Assembly: GCA_039190745.1 (NCBI GenBank)
Contig: JBCCXZ010000024.1
Span: 1-51,753, forward strand
DNA: 51,753 nucleotides
Direction: 5' to 3'
Source of the DNA: Planctomycetota bacterium
Lineage (GTDB): Bacteria; Planctomycetota; Planctomycetia; Pirellulales; Lacipirellulaceae
Within the stretch, counting starts at the first letter, position 1. Each line of letters begins with the position of its first letter. Made by a program: the position numbers and the translations under genes. Under the pieces are notes generated by a model. The model saw nothing but the letters and a program-made list of their open reading frames with translations. It made no database searches and had not been told where the DNA came from. Positions 1-10,598 of the stretch are shown here, one piece after another.

Positions 1-873
1 CTCCCCGCAGACGCCCCCCGCATCCCCGTCGTCCACCTCCCCAAGACCATCGACAACGACTACCGAGGCATCGACTTCACCTTCGGCTACTTCACGGCGG
101 TCGACTTCCTCGCCAACGAGGTCCGCAACCTGCTCGCCGACGCCGAGGCCAACCGCAGCTACTTCCTCGCCGAGTCGATGGGACGCAGCGCCGGCTGGCT
201 CGCCTACGGCGTGGCCATCGCGGGCGAGGCCAGCCTCGTCATCAGCGTCGAAGACATCGTCGGCCGCTACCGCGCCGACGAAGAGGTCACCGACCCGGCC
301 ACCGGCGAAACCTCCACCCGCCCCGTCATGAACATGGACGAGGTCATCCCCCGCATCGTCGCCACCATGAAGGCCCGCGAAGAGGAAGGCAAAGAGTACG
401 GCGTCGTCGTCATCGCCGAAGGCCTCGCCGAGCTGCTCCCCAGCAGCTACCTCGAAGGCATCGGCCGCGACGACCACGGCCACATCAACATCTCCGCGGT
501 CAACCTGCACCTCGTCTTCGCCGAGCTGATCTCCGCCGAGTACGCCCGCCAGACCGGCAAGAAGCGCTCCGTCAAAGCGATCCAGATCGGCTACGAAGCC
601 CGCTGCTCGAAGCCCCACGCCTTCGACACGATGCTCGGCAGCCAGCTCGGCGTCGGCGCCTACCGGGCCTTGGTCGAGAAGAAGCACAACGGCGTGATGG
701 TCTCGGTCTCCGGGCAGCTCCAACTCGAATACGTACCCTTCGAAGAGCTGGTCGACCCCAAGACGCTCGTCACCGTCGTCCGCTACATCGAACCCGACAG
801 CGACTTCCAGAAGCTCACCCGCTTCCTCGAGACCTACGTCGACACCGGCGAGGCCGAGGCGCCCCGCAACTAA
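1..873 (+). CDS. pfkA: 6-phosphofructokinase (PfkA family, PKTIDND type), 5'-truncated by window edge
   Basis: Frame 1 is open from base 1: [24 protein letters not shown] and GYEAR motifs; stop TAA 871-873. Confidence 0.93.
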   Translation, partial: LPADAPRIPVVHLPKTIDNDYRGIDFTFGYFTAVDFLANEVRNLLADAEANRSYFLAESMGRSAGWLAYGVAIAGEASLVISVEDIVGRYRADEEVTDPATGETSTRPVMNMDEVIPRIVATMKAREEEGKEYGVVVIAEGLAELLPSSYLEGIGRDDHGHINISAVNLHLVFAELISAEYARQTGKKRSVKAIQIGYEARCSKPHAFDTMLGSQLGVGAYRALVEKKHNGVMVSVSGQLQLEYVPFEELVDPKTLVTVVRYIEPDSDFQKLTRFLETYVDTGEAEAPRN

Positions 874-898
874 CTCAAAGTCCGCATACGACATCCTT

Positions 899-969
899 GT
901 AGGAGGCCTCTCCGAGGCCGATGACGGTCTCCAAGAACAAACGGAATCGGGCTCGGAGAGCCCTCTTAC
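899..969. repeat. Inverted pair of GTAG-type REP hairpins (REPIN-like), family A
   Basis: GTAGGAGGCCTCTCCGAGGCCGAT at 899-922 (+) and GTAAGAGGGCTCTCCGAGCCCGAT at 946-969 (-); third copy at 26532-26555. Confidence 0.8.
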
Positions 970-1039
970 AAGAAGAGAACCTCGAAACAAACAGGGCAAG
1001 CGCCATCCGCCCCACCCCCCAACAAGAAACCCAGCCCCG

Positions 1040-1654
1040 ATGAGTTTCCCCTCGCCCTTCTACCGCTGGCGCCCCCACCCCTGGCACGGGCTCGAAGCGG
1101 GCGTCAACCCGCCCGCCCTGGTCAACGCCTACATCGAGCTCACGCCCTTCGACCGGGTGAAGTACGAGCTCGACAAGAAAACCGGCTACCTGCTCGTCGA
1201 CCGCCCCAACCGCACCAGCGCCTTCTGCCCCACGCTCTACGGCTTCATCCCCCGCACCTTCTGCGGCAACCGCGTCCGCGCCTTGATGGCCAAAAGTAAG
1301 TCGGGCGACGGCGACCCGCTCGACATCTGCGTCATCAGCGAACGCCCCATCGCTCGCAGCGAAGTGATCCTCAAGGCCCGCATCGTCGGCGGCCTGCCGA
1401 TGCTCGACGACGAGGAGGCCGACGACAAGATCGTGGCGGTCCTCGAGAGCGACAACATGTGGAACGACTGCCAGGACATCTCCGAGCTGCCCAAGGTGAT
1501 GATCGACCGCCTCCGGCACTACTTCACCACCTACAAGATGCTCAGCCCCGAGGACGACCCCTCGGTGGTGATCGAAGCCCCCTACGGCCGCGACCACGCC
1601 ACCAAAGTCGTCGAGGCCGCCCTGGCCGACTACACCGAGCACTTCGGCGACTAG
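1040..1654 (+). CDS. ppa: Inorganic pyrophosphatase (family I)
   Basis: HPWH, KYE, DR, YGFIPRT, DGDPLD, D..E.DDK and YK motifs. Confidence 0.95.
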   Translation: MSFPSPFYRWRPHPWHGLEAGVNPPALVNAYIELTPFDRVKYELDKKTGYLLVDRPNRTSAFCPTLYGFIPRTFCGNRVRALMAKSKSGDGDPLDICVISERPIARSEVILKARIVGGLPMLDDEEADDKIVAVLESDNMWNDCQDISELPKVMIDRLRHYFTTYKMLSPEDDPSVVIEAPYGRDHATKVVEAALADYTEHFGD

Positions 1655-1680
1655 AGTCATCACAAGGATAGCCAGTGTGG

Positions 1681-1703
1681 CACTGCTGGCTTGCCCAGTA
1701 GTG
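1681..1703. repeat. Short palindrome CACTGCTGG-CTTGC-CCAGTAGTG, REP- or terminator-like
   Basis: 9-bp stem with one G-T pair, directly after ppa; single copy in window. Confidence 0.45.
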
Positions 1704-1916
1704 TGATTGTCGCGCTCCCTGCACCGAAGGGCTAAGAACAGTGCCCGGAATCAGCCCGCAACAGGCGGACGCTAGCTTGGAGTACAAGGCTCTCTATCAC
1801 AGTGATCGAGCGGACCGCCCAGATACTCCGACTGTTTTCAAAAGCGGGTTCTTCCTGTGTCAATCCACAAGCGCCACGGACTGTCATGCACTCGGTTGGG
1901 CACTCAACGACCGCGT

Positions 1917-3545
1917 TCAAGTGAACGCAAGCCTCCCAACGCCTCTAGACCAGAGCGTCTGTAGCCCCGCCAACAGCAAGAGCGTCGACGTGGGCTCGGG
2001 AACGATCATTGTCACAGTGACCGTGGAACTCGTATCGAACTGATCACCCAGAAAAGCCCCGGCGTTCAGATCGAAGCTGAAGAAAGAACCGTCGGCCAGT
2101 ACCCCTGAGAGAGTAACTCCGCGTTCAGCTATTGTGATGGGTTCTACCGTTTGAGGTTCCAGCGGCACTCCGTCGATCCAGAACCTGCGCCCCAAGATAT
2201 CTATCATGCTTCCCGACCGAGCCACAAATGTGCCGTCGAACGACCCACCGGAGATCCGCACACGGGAATCCTCTGCATCGAAGATGGGAAACTCACCGCC
2301 CGAGATGTTGACATCGGACCCCTGGATCTCGAACTCTCGGTTAAACGTGCCGCCCGAGATGTTCACCGTGCTCCCTGCTCGGGCTTCGCCCGAAAACGTG
2401 CCGCCGGTCATCTGCAAGGTTCCTCCCTGGAGAACAATCCATGCGTAACCGTCGTCAAGGTTAAGGCGACTACCTTTATGGAATGTCGTCTTGGGCTGAT
2501 GCCGATCTGCTTGACGGATTCCACCGCCCGTCATGTTGACCACGGTTCCGTCGTGAGCTTGGAAACTCCCCAGGATGTTCCCCGCTTCCAGGTTGATCGT
2601 GCTGTGGTAAGCCTCGAATCCTTCGCCTACAACGCCGCCCGAGACATTCAGAGTCGACTGGACCGCGGCGGTTTCATCTCCGAGAGCTTCTCCTTCACTC
2701 AGGGTGAGAGTGTACCCGGGGCGGAGACCTTTGGAGGCTTGGTCCACGGTTAGCTCCAACGAGGGGGAGCCAAGATCGGGCAAACTGGCGTCGACGAGCA
2801 TGACATCGCGTACGATGTCTGCCGTATTGTCAGACAGAATAAAGACGCTGCCGTCCGAGAGGGTGCCCGTCAGTACATCGCCTTCGGAGATCGTGATGGC
2901 GGCGCCGGTCTCGAGGGCCTCGCCGTTGATCTTGAACTCCTGCCCGTAGAGCGATGTGCCCGCGTTGAGGACTAAGCGTCCCCCTAGGAGCCCGCCGTGG
3001 ATGTGGGTGTTGCTATTGGCCCTGGCAAAGAGCGCTATCACAGGAAGGCGGCCTCTGATGAGGCCAGCGTACATATTGAATGTACCGCCCGATCCGATGT
3101 AAGAAGTATCATCAATGACACCCAGGGAAAACGTCGACCCCAGAAGGTTAACAGCCCCCCCTTCGTATACTGAGAGTCCGGTTCCCGCAGAGCCGGATAC
3201 GAGATTCGCCGTCACGCCCGCTGGAACAGTGAGTCCATAGCGCACCCCACCGCCGAGCATATTGACCTCAACGTTCTCTACGTCTTCTTCGAAGACTTGC
3301 AGACTAAAAAGACCTTCGTCGAGACGGCCTCCTTCCAGCACGTTAATCTGGGTATTCGACTCGAGCGTAAACTCCGTCGATCTGCGATCTAGGTTGTGAA
3401 CCCGTTCGAAGCCGGACGGGTCGGACTGCGCCGCCGCGTTAGTTGCGATCGAGAGTGAGAAGGCGAAGAGGCTAATAGCTGCGGCATGGCGAGCAGATGA
3501 AACGCGGGCGGGACGCGGGGGGTGCTGAGACACCATTCCCTCCAT
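1917..3545 (-). CDS. Secreted PEP-CTERM protein with Gly-rich (NxxGG) beta-solenoid-like repeats
   Basis: Signal peptide ending AAAQ, repeated [VI]N[MIV]xGG units, C-terminal VPEPT + hydrophobic stretch + Arg; start probably 3545 or 3536, not 3872. Confidence 0.8.
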   Translation of the reverse strand: MEGMVSQHPPRPARVSSARHAAAISLFAFSLSIATNAAAQSDPSGFERVHNLDRRSTEFTLESNTQINVLEGGRLDEGLFSLQVFEEDVENVEVNMLGGGVRYGLTVPAGVTANLVSGSAGTGLSVYEGGAVNLLGSTFSLGVIDDTSYIGSGGTFNMYAGLIRGRLPVIALFARANSNTHIHGGLLGGRLVLNAGTSLYGQEFKINGEALETGAAITISEGDVLTGTLSDGSVFILSDNTADIVRDVMLVDASLPDLGSPSLELTVDQASKGLRPGYTLTLSEGEALGDETAAVQSTLNVSGGVVGEGFEAYHSTINLEAGNILGSFQAHDGTVVNMTGGGIRQADRHQPKTTFHKGSRLNLDDGYAWIVLQGGTLQMTGGTFSGEARAGSTVNISGGTFNREFEIQGSDVNISGGEFPIFDAEDSRVRISGGSFDGTFVARSGSMIDILGRRFWIDGVPLEPQTVEPITIAERGVTLSGVLADGSFFSFDLNAGAFLGDQFDTSSTVTVTMIVPEPTSTLLLLAGLQTLWSRGVGRLAFT

Positions 3546-3850
3546 GGAATGCTTCGGGCGGGGACAGGGAGTTACATTGGGTAGGCTATCAGCTCTCGGC
3601 GAATCGTACCGAACGAGCCTCAACTGGTCAGCAGCAACATCTTCCGTGTTTAGCAGGACAAACAACTCGACTGGATGAGGCGGTACATTACCCTCCGAAA
3701 CGCTAGCTAAACCACTCCGGTCGGACCAACGCAAGCAGGTTCCGGCCGAACACCAACAACGGATGTCTCTACAGCTTCTGAGCTTCTCGGCCAGCGGATC
3801 GGGGCAAGACCGACAATCTAAGCGTTCCCGACTTTGACCTGCGGAAACCC

Positions 3851-3879
3851 TTGAAAATGAACAAGCGTTCACTTATAAT
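3851..3879 (+). promoter_or_regulatory. Near-consensus sigma70 promoter with a palindromic operator in the spacer
   Basis: TTGAAA(3851-56)-N17-TATAAT(3874-79); spacer contains TGAAC-N4-GTTCA; no + strand CDS follows. Confidence 0.7.
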
Positions 3880-4118
3880 CTAGGTCGAGGCTAACCGCTC
3901 TTTGACAACCCAACACCACGCTCCCCGCAGGCAAACCCGCCTAGCGGTTGTGACCGTTCGCGCCCACAAGGCGCCCGCAGAACCTCAACGCGTTCTGACC
4001 GGATTTGAGAACGAGATACCGCAGATTTTCAGCTTGAACGGCTAATCGATCCCGACAAAACCCAACGACTTCTGCAAAGCCCCCAGGCACAAAACGCCCA
4101 GCGTTTTGTCGCCCCACT

Positions 4119-4145
4119 CCTAGCCGCCGACCTACGCGTCGGCGG
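4119..4145 (+). repeat. REP-like hairpin family B (CCTAGCCGYCGACCTACGCGTCGRCGG)
   Basis: Four copies: 4119-4145, 10605-10631, 11843-11869 (+) and 18484-18510 (-); stem covaries CCGCCGAC/GTCGGCGG vs CCGTCGAC/GTCGACGG. Confidence 0.9.
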
Positions 4146-4239
4146 TCCGGGAAGCACGCACGAGGACAGAAGCCCCAAGAATTGACCGCCCAGAGCGTGA
4201 ACGCTCTCTGAGCGCCAAAAGCCAAGACCCGCAAGCCTC

Positions 4240-5805
4240 TCAGCAAGCCGGCACGTCCGCCGCGTCGAGCCCCTCGACCTCGTGCACAATCACAATGTCG
4301 TGCACGCCCTCGGCCATCGCGTCGCCGTCCGGCCCGGCCGTCAGGTGCGAGCCGCCCACGATCACAATCCGGTCGCCCCTCTCCGCGAGCCCCACCCGCG
4401 AGGCCCAGGCGTCGGTGTGCTTGATCAGCTGCTCCACCTCGCAAGCCGGGGCGTTCGCCAGCGGCGTCACACCCCAGTACAGGCACATCTGCCGCAGCGT
4501 CTCCGGCTCGCTGCTCACGCCCACCGTCGGCACGAAGCTCCGCTGCTGAGAGAGCGCCAGCGCCGTCCGCCCCGAGTAGCTCGCCACCACCACCAGCTTC
4601 GCCCCCAGCACGTGGGCCATCGTCCCCGCCCCGCGGACCACCGCCCGCGTCACGTCCTGCAACCCGTCCGAGAGCCACTCCGCCTTCTCACGCAACGGAT
4701 TGCCGTGCATCGAAGCCTCGGTGGCCAAGGCGATACGGTTCATCATCGCCACCGCCTTCGCCGGGTGCTTGCCGATGGCCGACTCGCCCGACAACATGCA
4801 CGCATCCGCACCGTCGAGCACCGCGTTCGCCACGTCGGTCACCTCCGCCCGCGTCGGCCGCATCGACTCCTGCATGCTGTCGAGCATCTGCGTCGCAATA
4901 ATCACCGGCTTGTGCTGGGCGTCGCAGACCCGGATGATCCGCTTCTGCTCCAACGGCATCTGGGCGACGTCGATCTCCACCCCCAGATCGCCCCGGGCCA
5001 CCATCACCCCGTCGGCCTCTTTGACGATCTCCTCCAGCCGCTCGAGCGCCTCACGCTTCTCGATCTTCGCGATCACCCGCGCCTGCGAACCGCTCGATCG
5101 CACGATATCTTTCAGCGTCCGCACCTCATCCGGCGAGCGGACGAAGCTCAGGCTCACGAAATCCACGCCCGCCTTCGCCGCCCAGATCGCGTGCTGGTGA
5201 TCCTCAACGCTGATCGCCGGGGCACTCAGCTTCACGCCCGGCAGGTTGATGCCCTGCCGGCTGCGGATCAGCCCCGGCTGCACCACGCGCATTCTCACCC
5301 GATCGGCAAGCCGCTCCACCACCTCCATGCTCACCGTGCCGTCGGCCAACATCACGGAGTCGCCCACAGAGAGCTCCCGCACCAGCGGCTCGTAGCTGGT
5401 CGTCAGCTCGTTCGCGGCCTGGGGCTCGCCCGTGACAAACCAATACTCCCCGCCCTCCGGGCAGTCGATCGCGTCGCCCTCCAGCTCACCGAGCCGGAAC
5501 TTCGGCCCCGCGAGGTCTACCAGCACGGCGATCGGCTGATCCATTTCCCTCTCAATCTCGCGGATGCGGTCTAACAACAACTGCTGCGAATCCGGCGTTC
5601 CGTGGGCCATATTCAGCCGGAAAACGTCCGCCCCGGCCCGCACCAGGTCCAAGATCGCCTCCGTCTCCGAAGAAGCCGGCCCCAGCGTCGCGACGATCTT
5701 CGTCCGCGAGCGTTCGGTGTAATCCTGAGGCAGCTTGAGCTTCTCCATGAGCGCAGATTCATCCGTTTGAGGGAGGACTGGGGGGGAGCACGAGAGGGCG
5801 GTCAT
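4240..5805 (-). CDS. pyk: Pyruvate kinase
   Basis: RTKIVATLGP, RLNMAHG, DLAGPK, AKIE, ARGDLGVE, ATQMLDSM, PTRAE and MLSGESA motifs; start 5805 or 5748. Confidence 0.97.
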   Translation of the reverse strand: MTALSCSPPVLPQTDESALMEKLKLPQDYTERSRTKIVATLGPASSETEAILDLVRAGADVFRLNMAHGTPDSQQLLLDRIREIEREMDQPIAVLVDLAGPKFRLGELEGDAIDCPEGGEYWFVTGEPQAANELTTSYEPLVRELSVGDSVMLADGTVSMEVVERLADRVRMRVVQPGLIRSRQGINLPGVKLSAPAISVEDHQHAIWAAKAGVDFVSLSFVRSPDEVRTLKDIVRSSGSQARVIAKIEKREALERLEEIVKEADGVMVARGDLGVEIDVAQMPLEQKRIIRVCDAQHKPVIIATQMLDSMQESMRPTRAEVTDVANAVLDGADACMLSGESAIGKHPAKAVAMMNRIALATEASMHGNPLREKAEWLSDGLQDVTRAVVRGAGTMAHVLGAKLVVVASYSGRTALALSQQRSFVPTVGVSSEPETLRQMCLYWGVTPLANAPACEVEQLIKHTDAWASRVGLAERGDRIVIVGGSHLTAGPDGDAMAEGVHDIVIVHEVEGLDAADVPAC

Positions 5806-6013
5806 ATTGTGGCCCCTTGGTTGGGAGTTGCCTATAGAGCTAAGCTGCGACTCAGCGAGAGCAGACCCCGGGCGGACGGCCAACCCTGAAACCTACGTCC
5901 CACGGACCAAAAGCCGGAGTCCCCATTCACTGGCAGGTCTGCCCACTCCCCACGAAGCCGTCACGACCCGAACGACTCGTACACCCCCAACCCGCGTCCC
6001 GCCCGAACTCTCT

Positions 6014-6829
6014 ATGCCAACGCCGCCCGACTACTGGACCGACCGCGTCACGGTCGTCACCGGGGCTTCTGCAGGCCTCGGTTTCGCACTGGCGAAAGCC
6101 GCCGCCGCGGCGGGTTCGCGCGTCGTCCTGGTCGCCCGCGACCAAGATCGGCTCCGCGTCGCCGAGCAAAACCTCGCCGTCCCTGAAGGCCGCACGCTCG
6201 CCGCCACCGCCGACGTGACCGACCCCGAAGCAGTCGACCGGCTCCGCGAAAGCGTGCTCGCCCGCTTCGGCCGCGTCGACCTCCTCGCCAACTGCGCCGG
6301 CGTCTCTCAGCGGGGCAGGGCGATCGATACCGAGGTCAGCGAATTCCGCCGGCTGATGGAGATCAACTTCTTCGCGTCTGTCCAAACCACCGCGGCGTTC
6401 GTGCCCTCCTTACTCGAGCAGCGGGGACACGCCGTCCACATCGGGTCATTGGCTTCAAAGACCGCCTCGCGTTACCTCGGAGCCTACCCCGCCTCCAAGC
6501 ACGCCCTGGCCGCTTACGCCCAGCAGCTGCGGCTCGAGCTCGGCCCCGACCTCCACACCCTACTCGTCTGCCCAGGTCCAATCGCCCGCCCAGACTCCGG
6601 TGAGCGATACCAGAGCGACGCGAACGTGCCCGACGCCGCACAGGGCCCCGCCGGGGGCGCACGCCTCCGCGGGATCGACCCCGAGTGGCTTGCGCAACGC
6701 ATCCTCCGCGCTTGCGAAGGCCGCCAGGCAGAGTTGGTCGTCCCGCTCAAGGCCCGGCTGCTCTTCACCGCGGCCCAGCTCTCGCCGCGCTTCGGAGACT
6801 GGCTCCTCACACGGTTCACCGCATCGTGA
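6014..6829 (+). CDS. Short-chain dehydrogenase/reductase (SDR)
   Basis: TGASAGLG, NCAG and YPASK (YxxxK) motifs; ATG at 6014. Confidence 0.92.
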   Translation: MPTPPDYWTDRVTVVTGASAGLGFALAKAAAAAGSRVVLVARDQDRLRVAEQNLAVPEGRTLAATADVTDPEAVDRLRESVLARFGRVDLLANCAGVSQRGRAIDTEVSEFRRLMEINFFASVQTTAAFVPSLLEQRGHAVHIGSLASKTASRYLGAYPASKHALAAYAQQLRLELGPDLHTLLVCPGPIARPDSGERYQSDANVPDAAQGPAGGARLRGIDPEWLAQRILRACEGRQAELVVPLKARLLFTAAQLSPRFGDWLLTRFTAS

Positions 6830-6840
6830 GTCATGCCGGC

Positions 6841-7893
6841 TCAGCCCAGCAGCACAAAATTGAGCACGGTGTAAACGGCGTAGAGTGCGAGCAGAATCAC
6901 GCCAAACGGCCGCTTCAGTCGGTCGCCGCTCACGAAGATCGCCACCCGGAAGACGACAAGAATCGTTAGCATCGCCGGGAACTGCAGCTTGAAGAACGAA
7001 GGAGGGGCATCCAGTCCCGCCGGAGTCACCGCCGCTGAGAGCCCCGCGACGAACAGCACGTTCAGGATGTCCGCCCCAATCACGTTCCCCACCGCCAGGT
7101 CGCCGTGGCCCTTCCGCGAGGCGGTGACCGCCGTTACCAACTCCGGCAACGAAGTCCCAAAGGCCACCAGCGTCGCCGCCACAATCGCCGGGGGCACGCC
7201 CATCCGCTCGGCCGCGACGCCGATCGCAGGGATCAGCAGGTGGCTCATTGCCACAACCACCGCGACAGAGCCCAGCAGTTTCCCAATCACAAGCGGCAGG
7301 GGTGCGTCGATATCACCCGCGTGCTCTTCGAGTTCATCTACCTGCTTCTCGGTCGTTCCAGATTCCTTCGCCCACTTCACAGAGAGCCACAGGTAAACAC
7401 CCAAAAGAAACACGAACAACACGCCCGCCGCCTGATGCAAGTTCCCGCCACCCTCGAGCGGTTTTCCTTCAATCCAAGGCCCCACGCCCCACGGCCAGCT
7501 CATCAGCACCAGCAGCACCCCGGCGCCGAACTGAATCCACCCCTGGCGGTTCACGATCTTCCGATCCAAGAAGGGAGGACTGATCAAAATCGCGACGCCC
7601 AGGATCAAACCCGCGTCGCAGATGATCGAACCCACCGCGTTGCCCAACGCCAACTCCGGCTGGCCTTGAATCGCCGCCAGCACGGAGACCGCCGCCTCCG
7701 GCGAGGTCGTCCCCAGGCTTACGATCGTCGCCCCGATAATCACCTTGGGCAGCCCCGACCGCTCGGCTAGCACCACCGCCTCGCCCACCAGCTTGTCGGC
7801 CGCCTTGCCGAGCACATAGAGAATCACGGCAATCAGCCCCAGCAAAACCGCCGTGTTGCGAGACGCAAAGAAGTGTTCTAAGGCATCTTCCAT
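6841..7893 (-). CDS. yrbG: Calcium/sodium antiporter (CaCA, YrbG-like)
   Basis: Two alpha repeats GTTSPE/GNAVGS and GTSLPE/GNVIGA; about 10 TM segments; start MEDALE at 7893. Confidence 0.88.
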   Translation of the reverse strand: MEDALEHFFASRNTAVLLGLIAVILYVLGKAADKLVGEAVVLAERSGLPKVIIGATIVSLGTTSPEAAVSVLAAIQGQPELALGNAVGSIICDAGLILGVAILISPPFLDRKIVNRQGWIQFGAGVLLVLMSWPWGVGPWIEGKPLEGGGNLHQAAGVLFVFLLGVYLWLSVKWAKESGTTEKQVDELEEHAGDIDAPLPLVIGKLLGSVAVVVAMSHLLIPAIGVAAERMGVPPAIVAATLVAFGTSLPELVTAVTASRKGHGDLAVGNVIGADILNVLFVAGLSAAVTPAGLDAPPSFFKLQFPAMLTILVVFRVAIFVSGDRLKRPFGVILLALYAVYTVLNFVLLG

Positions 7894-8076
7894 GGTTGTC
7901 CTGCCAGGTCGAACGAGCCAGATCAAACGAGAGAGAGAGCGAAAACCCCGTCCACAAACAGGGCAATTACCCCAACCAACCCACAAGCATGCGAACAAAG
8001 TAGTGTATCCGTCGCGCACGCTGCTACAATCGCGGCTCGTGCGATTCTCCCTCGGCCTCCAGGCAGCAGAAGCGTC

Positions 8077-8883
8077 ATGCGAATTCCACTTCTCTTGCTC
8101 TTTGCCATGGTTGTGCCGGCCCATGCGTCGGAAACCGAGTCTGCCGCGTCCCACCCCACAGACGCCGCCGCACCGGCCGAGAAACCGGCCGAGAAACCGG
8201 CAGCGATCGAGGCCGAACAAGACGCCAACAACGCCCCCGGCTCCAAAGAGCCAAAGGTGCTCACCGGCAAGATCGTCGGCGTCGCCAGCGGCGACACCCT
8301 CACGCTCCTCGTCGACGCCACGCCCACCGTCGTCCGCATCGCCGGCGTCGACGCCCCAGAGCTCGACCAGCCCTACGGCAACCACGCCAAGCGCATCCTC
8401 ACTTCACGCTTCGCTGGCAAGGTTGCTGTGGTGACCGTCGAGAAACGCGACGCAGACGGCATCGCGGTCGGGGGAATCAAAGTCGGGAAGCAGGACATCG
8501 GCCTGCAGATGCTCCGCGCCGGCATGGCCTGGCACTACAAAGACGAGAAGGACACCGCCCAACTCGCCAAGTCCGAAGCCGCGGCACGCAAAGCCAAACG
8601 GGGCCTCTGGCGAGACGCCTCCGCAGTCGCCCCCTGGCGGTGGCGAGACAAGTCGGCCCAGCCCGAAACCGCCGAAGTCGCAGCCCAACCCGAGGCGGCG
8701 CCCCAACCCGCAGCCGCCGCCGCGATCACCCCGCCCTCAGCACCGGTCACGCCGACGGGGTACTGGCTCAACACCCGCAGCAACGTCCGCCACAACCGCC
8801 GTTGCGAGTACTACGACAACACCAGCCAAGGCCGTTACTGCACCGCACGCGAAGGCAAGCGTTGCGGCTACTGCGGCGGCTAG
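8077..8883 (+). CDS. Secreted thermonuclease (SNase) family protein with C-terminal Cys/His metal-binding module
   Basis: Signal peptide; SGDT, VRIAGVDAPE..QPYG, GMAW and ARKAKRGLW motifs; C-terminal H..C..C..CxxC. Confidence 0.88.
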   Translation: MRIPLLLLFAMVVPAHASETESAASHPTDAAAPAEKPAEKPAAIEAEQDANNAPGSKEPKVLTGKIVGVASGDTLTLLVDATPTVVRIAGVDAPELDQPYGNHAKRILTSRFAGKVAVVTVEKRDADGIAVGGIKVGKQDIGLQMLRAGMAWHYKDEKDTAQLAKSEAAARKAKRGLWRDASAVAPWRWRDKSAQPETAEVAAQPEAAPQPAAAAAITPPSAPVTPTGYWLNTRSNVRHNRRCEYYDNTSQGRYCTAREGKRCGYCGG

Positions 8884-8938
8884 CGCTTCATGACCACTTC
8901 TCTCCAGCGAGCAGATCTCCAGGGAGCCGAGTAGCAGC

Positions 8939-9190
8939 GTGGGAATCCTTAGTTGGATCATCTTCGGCCTCATCGCGGGCGCCCTCGGCAAGTTCCTCAT
9001 GCCGGGGGACGACCCCAAGGGCTGCCTCGTCACCATCGGCCTCGGCATCCTAGGCGCCGTTGTGGGCGGCTTCATCGGCACTCAACTCGGCTTCGGCTCT
9101 GTCGAAGGCTTCGATATCCGCAGCTTTGGCGTCGCCATCGTCGGCACAATCGTCGTGCTGACGGTCTTGCGGTTCATCCGGCAGAAGTAA
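8939..9190 (+). CDS. GlsB/YeaQ/YmgE family (transglycosylase-associated) membrane protein
   Basis: 83 aa, WIIFGLIAG..LMPG..G..TI.LGILGA.VGG pattern; GTG start. Confidence 0.9.
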   Translation: MGILSWIIFGLIAGALGKFLMPGDDPKGCLVTIGLGILGAVVGGFIGTQLGFGSVEGFDIRSFGVAIVGTIVVLTVLRFIRQK

Positions 9191-9523
9191 CCGGGTAGCG
9201 TTGGCATCTTGCCAGTTCAGAACCCAAGCCGGCGCAACAGCAACAAGACGCCAGTTTCAGAAACCCCGCGGCGGTGTGTCACCTCGGTGCAGATCTGACT
9301 GCGCCGCCGCACCGACAACAAATCCTGCCCAGCGGTCGACGATCCCCCCAAGCACAAGAGCCTAAAGGGTTTACGAAGCCGGCCCGAGGTCCGGACTCGC
9401 CGCGGTATTTTTTTCGCATTTTCTTGTTCCCATTTCCCCGCCTCTCACGCTTCTACAGGCAGAGGCCAAACCGTTGGCCCCGCAAACCAGCAAAAAACGG
9501 GCTCCCCAACCGAGGACAAGAAA

Positions 9524-10177
9524 ATGACCCGCTCCACCGCCTCCAAGCTCGCCGCCATCGCACTGATCGCCACCGCCGCAGCCCCCGCGTTCGCCCAGGT
9601 GCAGGCCTACCACCACCGCAGCACCGTCTTCGGCGACCACGCCGCCGGCCTCGGAGAGCTGTACATCGGCCAGGGCCTCAACGCCCGCTACAACGCCGAG
9701 GCCTACCAAACCTTGGTCCGGGCCGAACGAGACCGTTACCTGCTCGGCCAACTTGTGCTCGACGGCTACTACCAGAAGCAAGCCCGCAAAGACAGCCAGC
9801 GGGTCGCACTCCGCGAAGAAAACCTCCGCGACCGGGCCGCCCGCGAGGGCCAAACCCAGGCCGAGGGCCTCGACGCGGTCAGCCAGATCCGCAAGGGCAC
9901 GTTCCAGTGGCCCGCCCTGCTGACCGAAGCCGAATACGCCCCCGTCCGCCAGCGGATCGAAGACCTCGTCCGCTCCTGGCCCGTCGACCTCGAAGCCGCC
10001 ACCGTCAGCCAGCGGGCCGGCCTCGTCCACGCCATCAACCAGATGCAGGACATGATCCGCGACAACGCCACCGACGCCAGCTTCACCGACCAGACCCGCG
10101 CTATGAAGGTCGCCAAGTCGCTCGGCAAGCTCCCGTACATGGAGTGGGAAGACGGCATCCGCCTCGCCAGCCGCTAG
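9524..10177 (+). CDS. Hypothetical secreted protein
   Basis: Signal peptide ending AFA-Q, host-like GC3-rich codon use, GAGG RBS-like motif upstream. Confidence 0.75.
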   Translation: MTRSTASKLAAIALIATAAAPAFAQVQAYHHRSTVFGDHAAGLGELYIGQGLNARYNAEAYQTLVRAERDRYLLGQLVLDGYYQKQARKDSQRVALREENLRDRAAREGQTQAEGLDAVSQIRKGTFQWPALLTEAEYAPVRQRIEDLVRSWPVDLEAATVSQRAGLVHAINQMQDMIRDNATDASFTDQTRAMKVAKSLGKLPYMEWEDGIRLASR

Positions 10178-10218
10178 AGAGACCGATCGCAACCGCGACC
10201 GGAAGCAGCCTCAGGACA

Positions 10219-10494
10219 CTACCGCCGCCGGAAAATCCCGCGGCGGTAGCTGCTTGCGCGGCTCTTTTGAACCGTCCGATCAAACCCGCCGCTGATCCAG
10301 ACCCCGTAGTGCCGCCGCACCGGCTCGCCGCGTGCAGCCTTCTTCTTGGCCTGATTCACCACATGCCGCCGGTGCAGATTCGTGGGCGGCCCTGTGTTGA
10401 GAGAACTCTGCCGCTGGGCGACCGCGGGGCGGACATCCGCCAATAGGAGAGCAGCAAGAGTCAGTCCAACAACCGCAAGAGAACGCTTCGTCAT
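10219..10494 (-). CDS. Small basic secreted hypothetical protein (91 aa)
   Basis: GGAGG RBS before ATG 10494; signal peptide ending AVA-Q; Arg/Lys-rich mature part. Confidence 0.55.
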   Translation of the reverse strand: MTKRSLAVVGLTLAALLLADVRPAVAQRQSSLNTGPPTNLHRRHVVNQAKKKAARGEPVRRHYGVWISGGFDRTVQKSRASSYRRGIFRRR

Positions 10495-10598
10495 CGATCG
10501 ATCCTCCGGGGGTTCCATAGCGAGCAGGCAAGCCGCTACCCCCAACCGTCTTATTGTAGACCCCCGCCACAAGAAGCCAAATCAAACAACCAAGCGGC

